Both the position numbers and the translations under genes were made by a program. The notes under the pieces were generated by a model. That model did no database searches and was not told the origin of the DNA. It saw nothing but the letters and a program-made list of their open reading frames with translations. Source: Epiperipatus broadwayi (lineage: Eukaryota; Animalia; Onychophora). From it: a stretch of 64,000 bases of DNA. Positions 25,186 through 37,620 of this stretch are shown piece after piece (positions within the stretch are counted from its first letter, which is position 1; each line of letters starts with the position of its first letter). The DNA lies in assembly GCA_028023455.1 (NCBI GenBank), contig JAQFVV010000006.1:12028001-12092000 (forward strand). The letters are read 5' to 3'.

Positions 25186-25734
25186 ATATGGGCAGACTTT
25201 ACAGCACTGGGTTTTTGATATATGAATTTTTTCTACAATACTGGAGTGTAAAACACACACACACACCATGTACGCAGAGACAGTTATAACGTCATTTGAA
25301 TTATACACAAAGAGGTAAATATCACTCCCATTAGTTTTATTAGATAATAAATACAATGATTATATATATATAACTAAACTATAGGCAGATTTTAGTACAT
25401 TCTATCACAAAGACAAGCTTCAAGACCATTAATAAATTTCCACCATAAAATAGCAGACCCATTCTCTCACACTATAAAATGTATTTCAGCGCAATACTAT
25501 ATCATCAAATGAAATAACCGAAATATAGGCTTATTACATACCTGTATCAATATATGTAAGATATAGAGTATATGAGCACAGACTTTCACATGACTCACAA
25601 CTCTCCACTCTATCTCATAAAACTGATATACTTGGAACACATATATGTCGATAAGATAAATAATCACCAATACTTTATTTAAAATAGAATAGAATTGTTA
25701 GTTAATTAAAAACTACTGGAATAACTACAAAAGT

Positions 25735-25855
25735 AATAAATATAACGGTAATTAACTATTATAAACAGTTCTTTCAATCCGCGGAAGGAATTAACCGAAA
25801 GTACTTCTGCGGATTGAAAGGCTGTATATAATAGTTAATTACCGTTATATTTATT
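25735..25855. repeat. Near-perfect fold-back (~53-bp arms, ~16-nt loop)
   Basis: aataaatataacggtaattaactattataaacagttctttcaatccgcggaag / cttctgcggattgaaaggctgtatataatagttaattaccgttatatttatt. Confidence 0.85.
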
Positions 25856-26050
25856 GTTTTTATCCTTAAATATATATATATATATATCCTTTTGAATGGG
25901 ATGCAAAATTCAAGCATTTCTTTATTTAAAGGGATAGTGCTGCTGGAAAATTATAGCTATGGGGCATTTAAAATATTATATATATAAATAATATACTTTG
26001 CAGGTTCATCCGTGTACGATTTTGATTATGAATGTACCCGTATATATATA

Positions 26051-26135
26051 TATAGCGATTAGCATAGCTGCCTTGCATGCAGCCAGCCCGGATTCGCTTC
26101 CCGGTCAACGCTTTGACATATAAGAAAAAAAAAAT
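26051..26135 (+). mobile_element. tRNA-Gly-derived SINE, 5' truncated
   Basis: ttagcatagctgccttgcatgcagccagcccggattcgcttcccggtcaacgc followed by the tail tgacatataagaaaa shared with 34384. Confidence 0.75.
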
Positions 26136-26369
26136 TATAAAATTCTTTGTATCAACACACACACACACACAAATATGGTTAAATAGATTATTTAAACAAT
26201 ATTGCATTACAGTAAATGAGACACACTCCCTCTAATTATCCGACATTACCATATTGGTGAATGATTAGAGGGAGTTGTCTCATTTACTATAATAGCATTA
26301 CTGTTTAATTGATCTATTTAATGTTATACATTTTCACTTAGTGATTGTTTTCATTACATATATATATAT

Positions 26370-26535
26370 TATAAGGACTTGAACTCGAACTTTCAAGCAC
26401 TCTACATTTATCCAATCTATCTTATACAACTGATACACACGAGCACATATATCTTTTGCACGTGTATGTGGTCATGTGCGTCAGTTGTATAAGGTAGATT
26501 GGATAGATGTAGAATGTTTGAAAGCTCTAGTTCAA
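26370..26535. mobile_element. Family E 3' ends as an inverted pair
   Basis: aactttcaagcactctacatttatccaatctatcttatacaactgat mirrored by tcagttgtataaggtagattggatagatgtagaatgtttgaaag. Confidence 0.7.
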
Positions 26536-26641
26536 GTCGCTTATAATTACATTAAGTTTAGTATAGATAACATATATATTTAAATATATATATACACTGT
26601 CTTAGCTTGAAATCTGCGCAGGTGCAATTTAAAAATACAGT

Positions 26642-26835
26642 TGATATTTTAAATTGGTTTCCAAGAGATTGTAAAAGACCTAGAAAGAGACCACATGTGA
26701 GATGGATGGATGAAATTAGAAAGTGTGCTGGTCTGATGTGGAGAGGAGAGGCTAGAGCATGGAAAAGAATGGATTGAACTTGCAAAGACCTTTACCCTGC
26801 AGTAGATCGATAATGGTTGAAGATGATGATGATGA
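26642..26835 (+). mobile_element. RTE-type LINE 3' end
   Basis: LNWFPRDCKRPRKRPHVRWMDEIRKCAG, followed by a (GAT)n tail. Confidence 0.85.
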
Positions 26836-27771
26836 ATACGTGTGTAAATAATTTTACAGCTTCTCAAATATATAATGCTAATATTATAATTTATTCATGA
26901 AATAATCAAGTTCAAAAATAATTCTTGAGCCAGATCCCCATTTAAATACACATGCGAATAATACTCATCTTTTCTTATATCCATACCAATCTTGTTTGAC
27001 CTCAATTTTTGATTTATTGCTACATAACAAATTGAAGATCAGATAAAGTGGCCATTAGGTCATTTTTTTTTTATCTGACGAATAGATGAGCAATAATATA
27101 AGAAAAGGTGGCCATTATTTGCAGGGGTACTTAAACGATTCTTTGGGTAAATAACAGTTTATGGTTCAGTAAATGAATTATATAATTTTGACATCAACCA
27201 TATTAGATAAATACATCAATGATTATAGCTAAACATTTATTAAACTAGAGATTATCCTTAGCTTTGATAAAAACAGACTAACTAAAGGATATGTCTGCCA
27301 TTGTCAAGATTAACTTTTAAAAGAAAAACCATTAGATCTCAAATAGTAACGAGATTGGGTGAGAGATAATGAATGAGATTGAGCGTGGAAGTAGTTGAGC
27401 ATTTAGGATATTTGGATTAAGAACATGTTTATTTTCCTCAGTTTCACCATTAATTGATTTCAAGTTTGTATTAGAAGAAAGAGGTAAAATAAGTTGTCTC
27501 CATAAGGCTGGAATTCATTGTGCTTCATCAGCTCTATTTAAATCAGTTGGACTTTTTAATATTTCAATTGACTCCCTCATGGTTCTCAACTCATACTTTT
27601 TCAAATTAGCAGTTATTTTAACACTATTAAAATCAGGTTGGAAAGTAAGTGAAATAACACATGGTTTAACCCCCTCTTCACCCAAAAAACTACTTTGTTT
27701 ACATCATACAAACATAAAAACATTCATATATATATATAACATTATATAAGTAATAATATATTATATATAAC

Positions 27772-28012
27772 AGGTGTTACTGACATTAGTGAAAGAATTA
27801 ATAACGGAATTGGGCTGGGCATATTGCTAGAAGAGATAATAATAAATATACAGTTGAAATTGTATACCAAATTTCAAGAGATTGTAAAAGACCTAGAATC
27901 AGACCACATGTGAGATAATGAAGTTCTTGGGATGATGTGGTAAAGTGAGGCTAGAGATTTGAAGTTTTTTAAACTTAGCAAGATCTTCATCCTGCAGTGG
28001 ATTGATGATAAG
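27772..28012 (+). mobile_element. RTE-type LINE 3' end with internal deletion
   Basis: ttgggctgggcatattgctagaagaga ... ccaagagattgtaaaagacctaga; matches 47712 copy. Confidence 0.8.
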
Positions 28013-28329
28013 TGAAATGGAAAGATTATTATAAATCACAATCCGGATTTTCAAAGAAATGTTTAAATGAAATTTACAAATAATACCCACTTCTTCTGTC
28101 AATGCTAATCTATTTAAATGTAGATTGGCATTGATATATGAAAGGGATATTATTTGCAAGTTTATTTAAATGATTCATTGGGAATTTGGCTTGTGAATGA
28201 ACTTAGTAAAATTTTCATATTTGGATCTGTCATGAATAGGTTTGTAGTATTAATATTATTTTTTTGATTTTATTTATGGGGTTGTTGAAACTGTCATAAT
28301 ATTTATGTATATCAAATTGATTTAAACCA

Positions 28330-28745
28330 CTAAATATCACATGATCATCAATTTTTATGCTTACACAAACTGTTTACACAGAGGCTAAACTATCCATATA
28401 GTAGCGCCACTCAGTGCAATCCTGAGTAATCAATGGATGCAAGAAAGTTTGTGCATAAAATCCCTATCTAGTGCCTACTCATCCAATGTCTCAGACTAGT
28501 TTCTAGTTTGTGGTTTTCATCAGTGAGGAACCTTAGATCTGAGAGTATTGCACCTAGATCTTAGGATCTAATGCAGCCCTCCAGTAGCTGCCTTTTACCT
28601 TATTAGCTAACTATAAAGCTTTGAGTCCAAAATAAAAATACAATAATGTTTTCAATTCAAGATTACTAGCTTGTATAGTCATATAGAACTAAATTCAATT
28701 CAGCATCCATATTTTTTGGTGTCTTTGGCTTTTTAATAACCACAG
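28330..28745 (-). mobile_element. Family A element
   Basis: 28490-28527 (-): CTCA-CTGATGA-aaac cacaa acta-GAAA-CTAG-TC-TGAG. Confidence 0.85.
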
Positions 28746-28787
28746 TCATCATAATCCTATTGGGAAGATTGGTATTAAACCATTAAA

Positions 28788-29305
28788 CATCACATGAAAC
28801 ACCATTCTTTATGCTTATACAAGCTCATTACATAGAGGGCTAAATTATCCATGTAGTAGTGCCACTCAGTGCAAACCAGAGTAATCAATGGATGCAAGAG
28901 GGTTTTGTGCATAAAATTCCCATCTAGGGCCTACTCATACATCTCCAGACTACTTTCTAACTTGTGGCACCAAAAAGTATGGATGCTAAATTAAGTTCAG
29001 ATCTATAGAAGCTAGTGAGCTTGAATTGAAAACGTTATTGTGTTTTCATTTTGGACTCAAAGCTTTATTGTTAGCTAATAAGATAAAAGGTGGCTGCTGG
29101 AGGGTTGCATTAGACCTAAGATCTAGGTGCAATGCTCTCAGATCCAAGACTCCTCACTGATGAAAGCGACAAGCTAGAAACTATCCTGGGGATATTGGAT
29201 GAATAGGCACTAGATAGGGATTTTATGCAAAAACCTTCATGCATCCATCGAAAGTTATGGCTTACACTGGTGGCGCTACTGTATGGAAAGTTTAGCCTCT
29301 GTGCA
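28788..29305. mobile_element. Family A element, head-to-head pair
   Basis: Minus arm ~28788-28970; plus arm with hammerhead 29153-29190. Confidence 0.85.
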
Positions 29306-30381
29306 TCACATTTATTTTTCAAACTGAGAATCTATATACGTATGTTTACATGTTGTATAAATAAATTTATGAAGAGCCCATTTATAAGTTAATAATTAAA
29401 AATTTAATATATTTATTTAAAAACTTTGTATCTGTGTTGCCAGCCATAGCCTTAAAGAAGACTAAGGAATGTCCAGAGAAAATAAAAAGTATTCAATTGA
29501 TTTTATGTTTATTTTCAAAAGTCATATTAGTCATTTAACGCTCAATTTAAAATCAATACAATAATATTTATAGTGATTTAGCCACTTTCAGTTTAATATT
29601 GTCAATAATTATTATATACAAAATGATTATTTATTATGATGTTCTAGCACCAAAGAGATGACCTGAGCATAATAATCCTATTCATTTGGACTGAGGTTTT
29701 ATTTTTTAATTTATTTACTCAATTGGGAGTATATTCAAAACCTTCACCAACTATCATTTTACCAAAATCATATAGGGCGAAGATATCCCCAACAAACGAC
29801 AAAGTAATATGAATATAACTATTACCTCATAAGAGGATAACATTTCTAAAATTTTCTGTCATTATTATATTAATTGTGGTATCTACTTTTTTCTATAACT
29901 TATTGATATTCTGACACTCATATATATATTATTATTTTGCGTAGATAATTCTATGTATATAATTACAGAATACGGTTTGTGCTCAGTTAATTCACAAGCA
30001 CATACCTAATGTATTCAGCACACATTAGATAATACTTTAAAATACACCGTGAACAATTAAATGAGTTTCGAATGTTTAATTTTTATTTTTGCCCGTTTGT
30101 CACCATCTGTGTTTTTCAGATAAAAATTAATAATATTCATCCTACAACTTTTCTATTAGATAGGAAATTAAAATTTTGAATTCATTTGAAATAAATGTTT
30201 ACATTTCATCAATAAACCAAATAAAACGTAAGTTCATTAGTAAATTTAAAAAGATAAAAATATTACAATTTCCTATAAATTTTAATTAATTAATTTATAT
30301 ACATATAACCATGACAACTGGTGGTAACTAATTGATTGATATAATCACTGCCAACAGATCGGCAAAATAAATTGGTTGATA

Positions 30382-30466
30382 CTGCCATCTAGTGTTCATG
30401 AATTAAGTTAATGCTTATTTTAAAGTTAGATGTCACCCTTTTAATGGAAGTTAGATAATGGCGGCC
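30382..30466. promoter_or_regulatory. CTCF-like and YY1-like motifs in a CpG-retaining patch
   Basis: CACTAGATGGCAG on minus (30382-30394); AATGGCGGCC (30457-30466). Confidence 0.35.
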
Positions 30467-30504
30467 ATGAGAATGTATAATATAGTGATTCTCTTTACAT
30501 ACAG

Positions 30505-30912
30505 CAGATGATAAGACATTTTTGAAATTGGTGTAAAATATGGAGGTACTATTAGTGGAAATGTTCAGATATAAATTTTAGAATACGAAAATTAAATTCA
30601 GAAATAAAAAATCAAAGGTATAAGCCATTAATAAGAAGACTAATTCTAAAGAATAGAAAATGGGAGAAGATATTAGTCTTGGGAAGTGGAAATTATGATA
30701 TTTTGTTAAACAGGTAAATAAATCATAGAGTTGATAGGAAGCAACACAGAATGGCTATGTTAAAAATTTGACATATTCTTCATATAATAGGAGATTCTAA
30801 TTATCTTAATAACCATGTAAATAATTTTACAGTTATAAAATATGGAATGTTAGGAAACATAAACCCATTCATGAAACAAACAGTTCTGAATATATTACTA
30901 AAATAATTCATA
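30505..30912 (+). pseudogene. Two phase-linked pseudo-exons
   Basis: QMIRHF*NWCKIWRYY*WKCSD...KWEKILVLGSGNYDILLN, 119-nt intron 30714-30832, then SYKIWNVRKHKPIHETNSSEYITKIIH. Confidence 0.6.
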
Positions 30913-31158
30913 GAGGCAAAACTCTTCATACAATAGCTCTACTCAGTGCGAGTCAAGGGTCCTCACTGATGAAAGCCACAAGCTAGAAAGAAGTCTGGGG
31001 ATATTGGATATTAGATAGGGATTTTATGCAAAAACCTTCCTGCATCCATTGATTACTCTGGCTTGCATTGAATGATGCTACTGTATGAACAGTTTTGCCT
31101 CTGTGAAAAACAGCTTGTGTAAACATAAAGAATGGTGATCATGTGATGTTTGATGGTT
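30913..31158. mobile_element. Family A insertion with 14-bp TSD
   Basis: TAAAATAATTCATA at 30899-30912 and 31159-31172; short inverted arm, then hammerhead 30962-30999. Confidence 0.9.
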
Positions 31159-33161
31159 TAAAATAATTCATAACGATGATTTCTAAAGAATCATTTGAAT
31201 GAATTTTCAAACAACACTATTCTTTTGTTATATGAGTGTCAATCTATTTTTTCAGATAAAAGATAACCATATGCTCATTTCTATCTGATTTTTGGTTTTC
31301 TGTATAGTAATAAATTAAGCATCGATATTCAAAAAGACTAAACTTTCTATTAGTAGCAACATTTGTTCATACATGAAGCAAACCAGCGAACAATTTTAAA
31401 TATTAATTTAGATGAAGTTCTAGCGATTTGAATGAACACATAAAATAAATTTACAGCTTATCAAACATAATGCTATAAATATATATAAAAAGCTAAAGGC
31501 TTTATTTCTCGGGTGTTCATAAGAAGTTCAAATGCCAAAACTGCAAGTGCTGGAATTGATTCTGGAACTTTCCAATCCAAGTTGGGCACTCTTTCAACTA
31601 TGTCAAATTGTGTAGGGTATGCTATGATTATAAAACAAATTCATGAAACAAGTCCGATTACATTAATACGATAATTCGCAAGCGAGATTTCTAAAGGACA
31701 TTTAAATGAGCTTGTGAACAACGTCTATATTTTGTTATATCAATGCCAATCTTTTTTGTCAAATAAAAGATGATCAGTTTTAACTGACCTTCCATTTGTT
31801 ATATAATAAAAATCAAGCACTGATATTTGAAAAGGCTAAAACTTTCATTAACGGTGATTTTTGTTTTTACTTTAATAAAGCCAGCTTATAATTTCAAATA
31901 TTAATTTAACTTTAAATTCTAACGACGTTGATAAGATGTAATTAACTTTACAGCTTATGAAATATGTAATTCAAAAATATAATCCATTGACATAACAAAA
32001 GATGGCGCTGTTTGTGACTTCATTTAAATGATTCTTTAGGAATCTTGCTAGTAAATTATCTTAGTAATGTATCCGGACTTGTTTGTTCCATGAATGAGTG
32101 TATATAATATATTTATGTGAGTTTTGAATTATTAGAATTTTATCTACATATTTGAAATTCCAGTATAATTTTTTAACTTTCCTTATAGCAATTGTAATTC
32201 AAAAATAAACGTTTTCGATATGTGTACAAAGAAAATCTTATTTATTCTGTAGTATGCTTAATTTATTTAAAATAGTATCCTTTGCATGCTTTCGACAAAC
32301 TTCATCTCTTCTGAAAGAAATGATGGGAAATGCAAAGTCAAAGAAGCTTGGTACATCGCTAATACTACGCTCAGGTGTGTACGAAGAAAATCTTATTTAA
32401 TAATCTGTACCCCATAAAAAAGAAAGTCCCTTGTGTCTCCCTTTTAAAAAGTGAATTATGTAAGTTGATATACTTACATTTTGTGATTAGCATACTACAA
32501 TGTTTTTAATTTGATAGATTATGTAATTCACTTTAAGTGTTTCTACGGTGATTACGACTACAAGCTAGTTGAAAGCACGCTAAGCATACTATTTTAAATG
32601 AATTAAGCATACTATGAAATAAATAAGCTTTTCTTAGTACACACTTCAAAAGTATTTATTTTTGAATTAAATATTGGAAACAAAATCATTGTTAATAGAA
32701 AGTTTCAACATCTTGAATATCAATATGTGATTTACTACTATACAACAAGCCAAAGGTCAGACAATCGCTATCATCTTTTCATCTAAAAAATTAAATTGGC
32801 ATTAATAAAAGGTGGGTGTTGTTTGCTAGTTCATAGAATCTTTAGAATCTTCCTTGTGGATTGTCTTATCTAAATAACATGTTTGGATATGTTTGTTCCA
32901 TGAATAGGAAGAAATATGAAATATGTAGAATAATTTGGATAAGGGTGATGGTATCTGCCTTAGCATTGGATATATTGTTTATTCCATGTATGATTTAGTG
33001 CATTGGTAAAGTTGCAGATGCAAGATCTAAAGAGCCATGGATCAAAACTGGGCTTTGACACTTCTGATGTTCACACATCATATGACCTCCTGAGAACCAA
33101 TCTATTTAATTTATATAATTTTTTAATGTTTACAATTTGGTTGGCATAATTATCTTTCTAG

Positions 33162-33265
33162 AAAGCATAAAGTGTTCAATGATTACTCATTCTTACATAA
33201 ATGGTTTTGAAGTAGAATGGGGTGGAAAGGAATATTTCTGGCAAGATAATGATGTCGTTGAAAAG
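33162..33265 (+). CDS. Open internal exon (phase 1 to 0)
   Basis: tatctttctag|..SIKCSMITHSYINGFEVEWGGKEYFWQDNDVVEK|gtaaaa; no stop. Confidence 0.6.
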
Positions 33266-33554
33266 GTAAAAACAATTATTTAATTATAGATCTCATCTAT
33301 ATATAAAGAATTAAGAACCATTCTTGAAAAAATAAATTTAAAATTGGATAAAATGATATCAATATGTTGAAAAATCATTATAAAGAAATTTTGCTTGAGA
33401 AGATTATGGCAAATATCGGTGCAATAATATAGCAATTTGCTTCCATGGGTTCAAACCCTTGTTGAATAAAACCTTAAAACTAAGTTCTTTAAAAGCATAT
33501 CTGGTCAATTAGGTCGAAATTGGTGATAAATTTATATTATATATGTCTCCACAG

Positions 33555-33562
33555 ACGTTCCT
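33555..33562 (+). other. Candidate 8-nt microexon
   Basis: tatgtctccacag|ACGTTCCT|gtaagt. Confidence 0.45.
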
Positions 33563-34081
33563 GTAAGTGACATTCTTAAGTATTCTTTCAAAGGAGTAGT
33601 TATAATTTAAACTTTTTTAAAACTAAACTCGTAAATAACCGAATCTAATATTTTTTCTAACTGATATTAAATACTTTCTGGTAAAGCTATCATTTTTGCT
33701 TAAAAGAAAGATTATTATTCACAGCCTGAAAGATATCTCCAGTAATCACCCATTTAATCTACAGCCCACATGAGACCAAACTCGCCACATTGCTTTTAAG
33801 TATCTAATTAAGATCTGTTTTAAAAAAAAAAGATTTATCAAGAAAGTTCTTTCTAAAAACAATTTTACTAGTATTTCTTAGTTCTTTTATTAATTTAATT
33901 TTTTCTCCCATGTTTTCACATAATTCCAGAAATAAATTTAATTTATGATTTAAAAAAAAAAAAGATTTATTCTTAAAAATTTAGAACTACATATTTTCAT
34001 TTAAAATATAAAAACTGTGATCAAATAATAAAAAAAAAAACACAATTAAAAATATTTAAATATTAAAAACGGAAAGGGTCG

Positions 34082-34145
34082 CAAGATGCAGCGGTAGTAC
34101 ATCTGCTGATTATGCCAATGAACTGGGTTCGAATCCTGGCCGAAT
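34082..34145 (+). mobile_element. tRNA-derived SINE fragment
   Basis: A-box-like gatgcagcggtag and exact B box GGTTCGAATCC; no complete cloverleaf. Confidence 0.6.
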
Positions 34146-34383
34146 AAAATCTGAAAATCTTAATTTTCTAAAATCATGCTGAGTCTACTGGTAGTTATGG
34201 GTAGATGCAATTTATTAAGTACAATAAGATACTTTTTGACAATTATTACAGGTTTTTAAAATCTCCCTTGTTTATTTAAATTGTATCATTAGAAGCAGCC
34301 AAAAATTAGATCACATAACTTCATGTGTCTATATATTATTAAAATCTTACATTAATTTTGAAGTTAACATTACCACTAGTCAA

Positions 34384-34480
34384 GCATTGGTGGCCTAGCG
34401 GTTAGCATATCTGCCTTCCAAGCAGCTGGCCCAGGTTTGCTTCCCAATCAATACCTTGACATATAAGAAAAAGAAACCCA
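34384..34480 (+). mobile_element. tRNA-Gly(TCC)-derived SINE
   Basis: GCATTGGTGGCCTAGCGGTTAGCATATCTGCCTTCCAAGCAG matches eukaryotic tRNA-Gly(TCC) (anticodon 34417-34419); T-loop broken; shared 3' tail. Confidence 0.8.
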
Positions 34481-34701
34481 TTATCATTATATTTGAAAAT
34501 TTATCCAGGTATCTCACCAGAAAGTGAAAACTTTCTACTTTGAAGATTACCAAATGCTGTTTTAACTTCTTCAGGCTAAATATCATGGTCCAAATTTAAA
34601 CAAGTTGGTCACATGGATATATAATTAAAAACAGCTTTCCAAGTTCTTGTATCATTTATTCAAATCATGATCAAAATGCTATACATATTTCTAAGGTTTT
34701 A

Positions 34702-35160
34702 ATAGAATTATGATAATGCTTTTAGACCCTTATGATATTTTTAATTATGGATCTATGGTTTGTTAACAGAAATATGATATTGATTTTAGATCCTTATATT
34801 ATTTTTAATCATGCATCTATGGGTTTAATAGAATTATGATATTGATTTTAGATCCTTACATTATTTTTAATCATGCATCTATGGGTAATAGAATTATGAT
34901 ATTGATTTTAGATCCTTACATTATTTTTAATCATGCATCTATGGGTAATAGAATTATGATATTGATTTTAGATCCTTACATTATTTTTAATCATGCATCT
35001 ATGGGTAATAGAATTATGATATTGATTTTAGATCCTTATGTTATTTTTAATCATACATTTATGGGTTTAATAGAATTATGATACTAATTTTAATCATGCA
35101 CCCTGGGTGTAATAGAATTATAATAGTGATTTTAGATCCTTATGTTATTTTTAATCATAT
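34702..35160 (+). repeat. 60-bp minisatellite, ~7.5 copies
   Basis: Unit TAGAATTATGATATTGATTTTAGATCCTTACATTATTTTTAATCATGCATCTATGGGTAA; central copies near identical, outer ones diverged. Confidence 0.95.
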
Positions 35161-35760
35161 AAGCAAATGATTGAATCTTCTTTATGATTTTCACTTCACC
35201 AATCATCAGTAACTTTTACTGTTTGTCACTGAACTGTTGCCTTTAATTCCATATGCTGCTTATGAAGCTTTGTATTCATTTTGTTGTTGTGTCTATCAGA
35301 GAAAGCCATTTGTTTTTGCTTCATCAAACCACTAATACAGTGATAGTCAGAGAATAATGGATAAAAATAGTCACTGATTTTGGACAATGAACATTATATT
35401 TTAAAAATATGACTAGAGTAGGATCTATTTTTAATGAAACTATCATTATAATCTTGAAATATTTTGATTATAATAAGACCTTCTTTTGCATTTTATCTCT
35501 TAACAATCCCTAAAATGTTGTTGTTTAAATGTTTGTGGTAATTGCATTTTGCTTGAGATAATTGTATTTTGGGTTTTTCTTATCATTAATAATGTTTTTA
35601 GGAAAAATCAATATTTATTTATATCTTTATAAAAATATACATAACAGTTAGTAATAACACACAAGTTGAAATACAGAATGTGATGTCAAAACCTCATTCT
35701 TAAAGATAAAAAAGTAGAGAAATCAAGAGGATCCTCATAAATAAGTATATATATTTTTAG

Positions 35761-35885
35761 CAGAGGCACCTGTTCATGATTCTAAAGATCATAGGTTTAA
35801 TGTATATGCTAGACAACCATTGGTCAAGCCAGTAATACCTGACCAAGAGAGGAGAAGATTACTTAAACCATTGTTTTTTATATAA
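35761..35885 (+). CDS. Candidate exon ending in TAA
   Basis: atatttttag|..EAPVHDSKDHRFNVYARQPLVKPVIPDQERRRLLKPLFFI*; chains in phase via 33555-33562 and 33725-33741. Confidence 0.4.
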
Positions 35886-36001
35886 TTCTATGTGTTACCA
35901 CTTATAGTTGTGTGTATTTGAAAAAGTATAAATAAAACTTGATTTTTTGTAAAAAAAATTTAATAGTTCAACTAGAAATGAAAATTGTTTATCATATAAC
36001 T

Positions 36002-36075
36002 CAGAGGTGGGGAACCTTTTTTCTGTCAAGGGCCATTTGGATATTTATAATCTCATTCGTGGGCCACACAAAATT
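36002..36075 (+). mobile_element. hAT/Charlie-type MITE end
   Basis: CAGAGGTGGGGAACCTTTTTTCTGTCAAGGGCCATTTGGAT. Confidence 0.55.
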
Positions 36076-36254
36076 ATTAATTTAAAAATTAGCTTACTAT
36101 ATTTTATTAAAAATTTAACGAATTTACCTCTAACCAATAAGGATGGACAAAAGTAAACCATATGAATGAGAGAGACAAAACAGTGTACATTACTGAAATA
36201 ATTAAAAGATTGGAAAACATGTAATAACAAATGGATTGTTGAAATCTTATAACC

Positions 36255-36412
36255 TGATTCCAAGAGATTGTAAAAGACCTAAGAAATGATCAAAGGTAAG
36301 ATAAAAAAAATTGCTAAATATGATATAAAGTAAAAATACTACGAATCAGAAAAAGTAGATTAAACCTGAAAAACTTTATCTTCAGAGGATGACAGGAATT
36401 GAAAATGATAAT
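36255..36412 (+). mobile_element. RTE-type LINE 3' fragment
   Basis: attccaagagattgtaaaagacctaaga matches the other copies. Confidence 0.65.
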
Positions 36413-36777
36413 GGGGATAGAATATATAATACTAAATTGAATACAAGTTATTTAAAATTATATACTTTAAAAAATTATATAATCTTTTCAGTATTTATCG
36501 TGTTAAAACAAATCAACTTTGTTCATGTAATAAATTATTGATTGATTATACAAAGTTGCATAAAATATTAAAATGTTTCAAATTATTTTTTCTTAAAATC
36601 GTATCGTCATTTTGAAAACTGATTTTACATAAAGATCTTGAATCTTGATTCATAATTAACTTTTATAATGCGTATATTAGAAATACAATCTAAAATCATT
36701 TACAAAATAATTTAAAATGTAGTCAGAAAAAAAAATTAAATATAAACTGCAACCCTTTCAATACTACTATATATAAA

Positions 36778-37145
36778 ATGTTCAACTCTCCCAACATTAT
36801 TGTTTTTTTAACAACGCCCTCTGTGAATAATGTCGTGCTTTTGAAATTCGGACATTATATTTATGCACAGAGGGAGTTGCAGAAAAATATAGCAACTTGG
36901 GATAATGATTTGAATGGTTTGTATTTGAATTTATAATTAATGATATGCATGGAGATATTTTATTACATATAAGTATATCTTTAAAAATAACATTATGTTC
37001 TCTTTTAGTGGGATATAGTATTGATTGAAAGCAAATTTTAGTAATATTCTCTATCAATAGTGATATTCCTGGAATGTATCCTGATCAATATTATATACCT
37101 ATTTTTGATCCATTCTTATACACATATCAATTTTCATTATTGTAG
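36778..37145 (+). pseudogene. Two phase-linked exons with in-frame TGA
   Basis: MFNSP...KFGHYIYAQRELQKNIATWDNDLN, 92-nt intron 36917-37008, VGYSID*KQILVIFSINSDIPGMYPDQYYIPIFDPFLY (TGA 37026-37028; an alternative acceptor at 37041 would skip it). Confidence 0.55.
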
Positions 37146-37279
37146 TTTATATATTTAAGCTAGATTAATTTTTTTACTGGCATAACTTTAATTTTATTTT
37201 TTAAAAAACATAAACCAACTTTAAATATGACAGTAAAACTGAATTATGCTTAGATGTGATATGTTGGATTATTTCATCA

Positions 37280-37620
37280 CCTGTGAATGAATGTTGAATG
37301 TATAGAAAATTTTAAACTTTATTTAAATTTTTCAAATACAAACAACTTATTAGTAATAACAGACAAATAAACAACAAAGGTTAGTAATTACACAACATTT
37401 CGATGGTATTATTCTTCACTGTTCTTCAGGTGTTGTTGGCCTGATATGCACAGTAACATTATTCACATAAAAGTCGTACTCGCCCCTTTAGATTCTTGAA
37501 TATTGAATTTAAGGCAAACCATCTAACCAACTGAGATATTCTGGCTTGCATAGAAGTCAAACTTGCACCTTTAGAATCTTGAAATCCAAATTTAAGATAA
37601 CAATCGTATACCTTATTTCA
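37280..37620 (-). mobile_element. Family G element
   Basis: 37390-37433 (-): ACAC-CTGAAGA-acagtgaagaataataCCATC-GAAA-TGT-T-GTGT; tRNA-like head at ~37465-37545. Confidence 0.75.

Noticed and set aside
30640-30713. Naming the gene remnant as an SGNH/PC-esterase from ILVLGSGNYD
   Set aside because: One short resemblance; the other catalytic blocks were not found.
34384-34455. Functional tRNA-Gly gene
   Set aside because: T-loop (GGTTTGCTTCC) and acceptor stem are disrupted, and the tail is shared with other dispersed copies.
34836-35081. Repetitive ORF and possible CRISPR-like array
   Set aside because: Head-to-tail 60-bp tandem repeat with no unique spacers, in eukaryotic DNA with no cas genes.
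37009-37145. Selenocysteine reading of the in-frame TGA
   Set aside because: No selenoprotein motif or SECIS seen; neighbouring exons also contain TAA and TAG stops.
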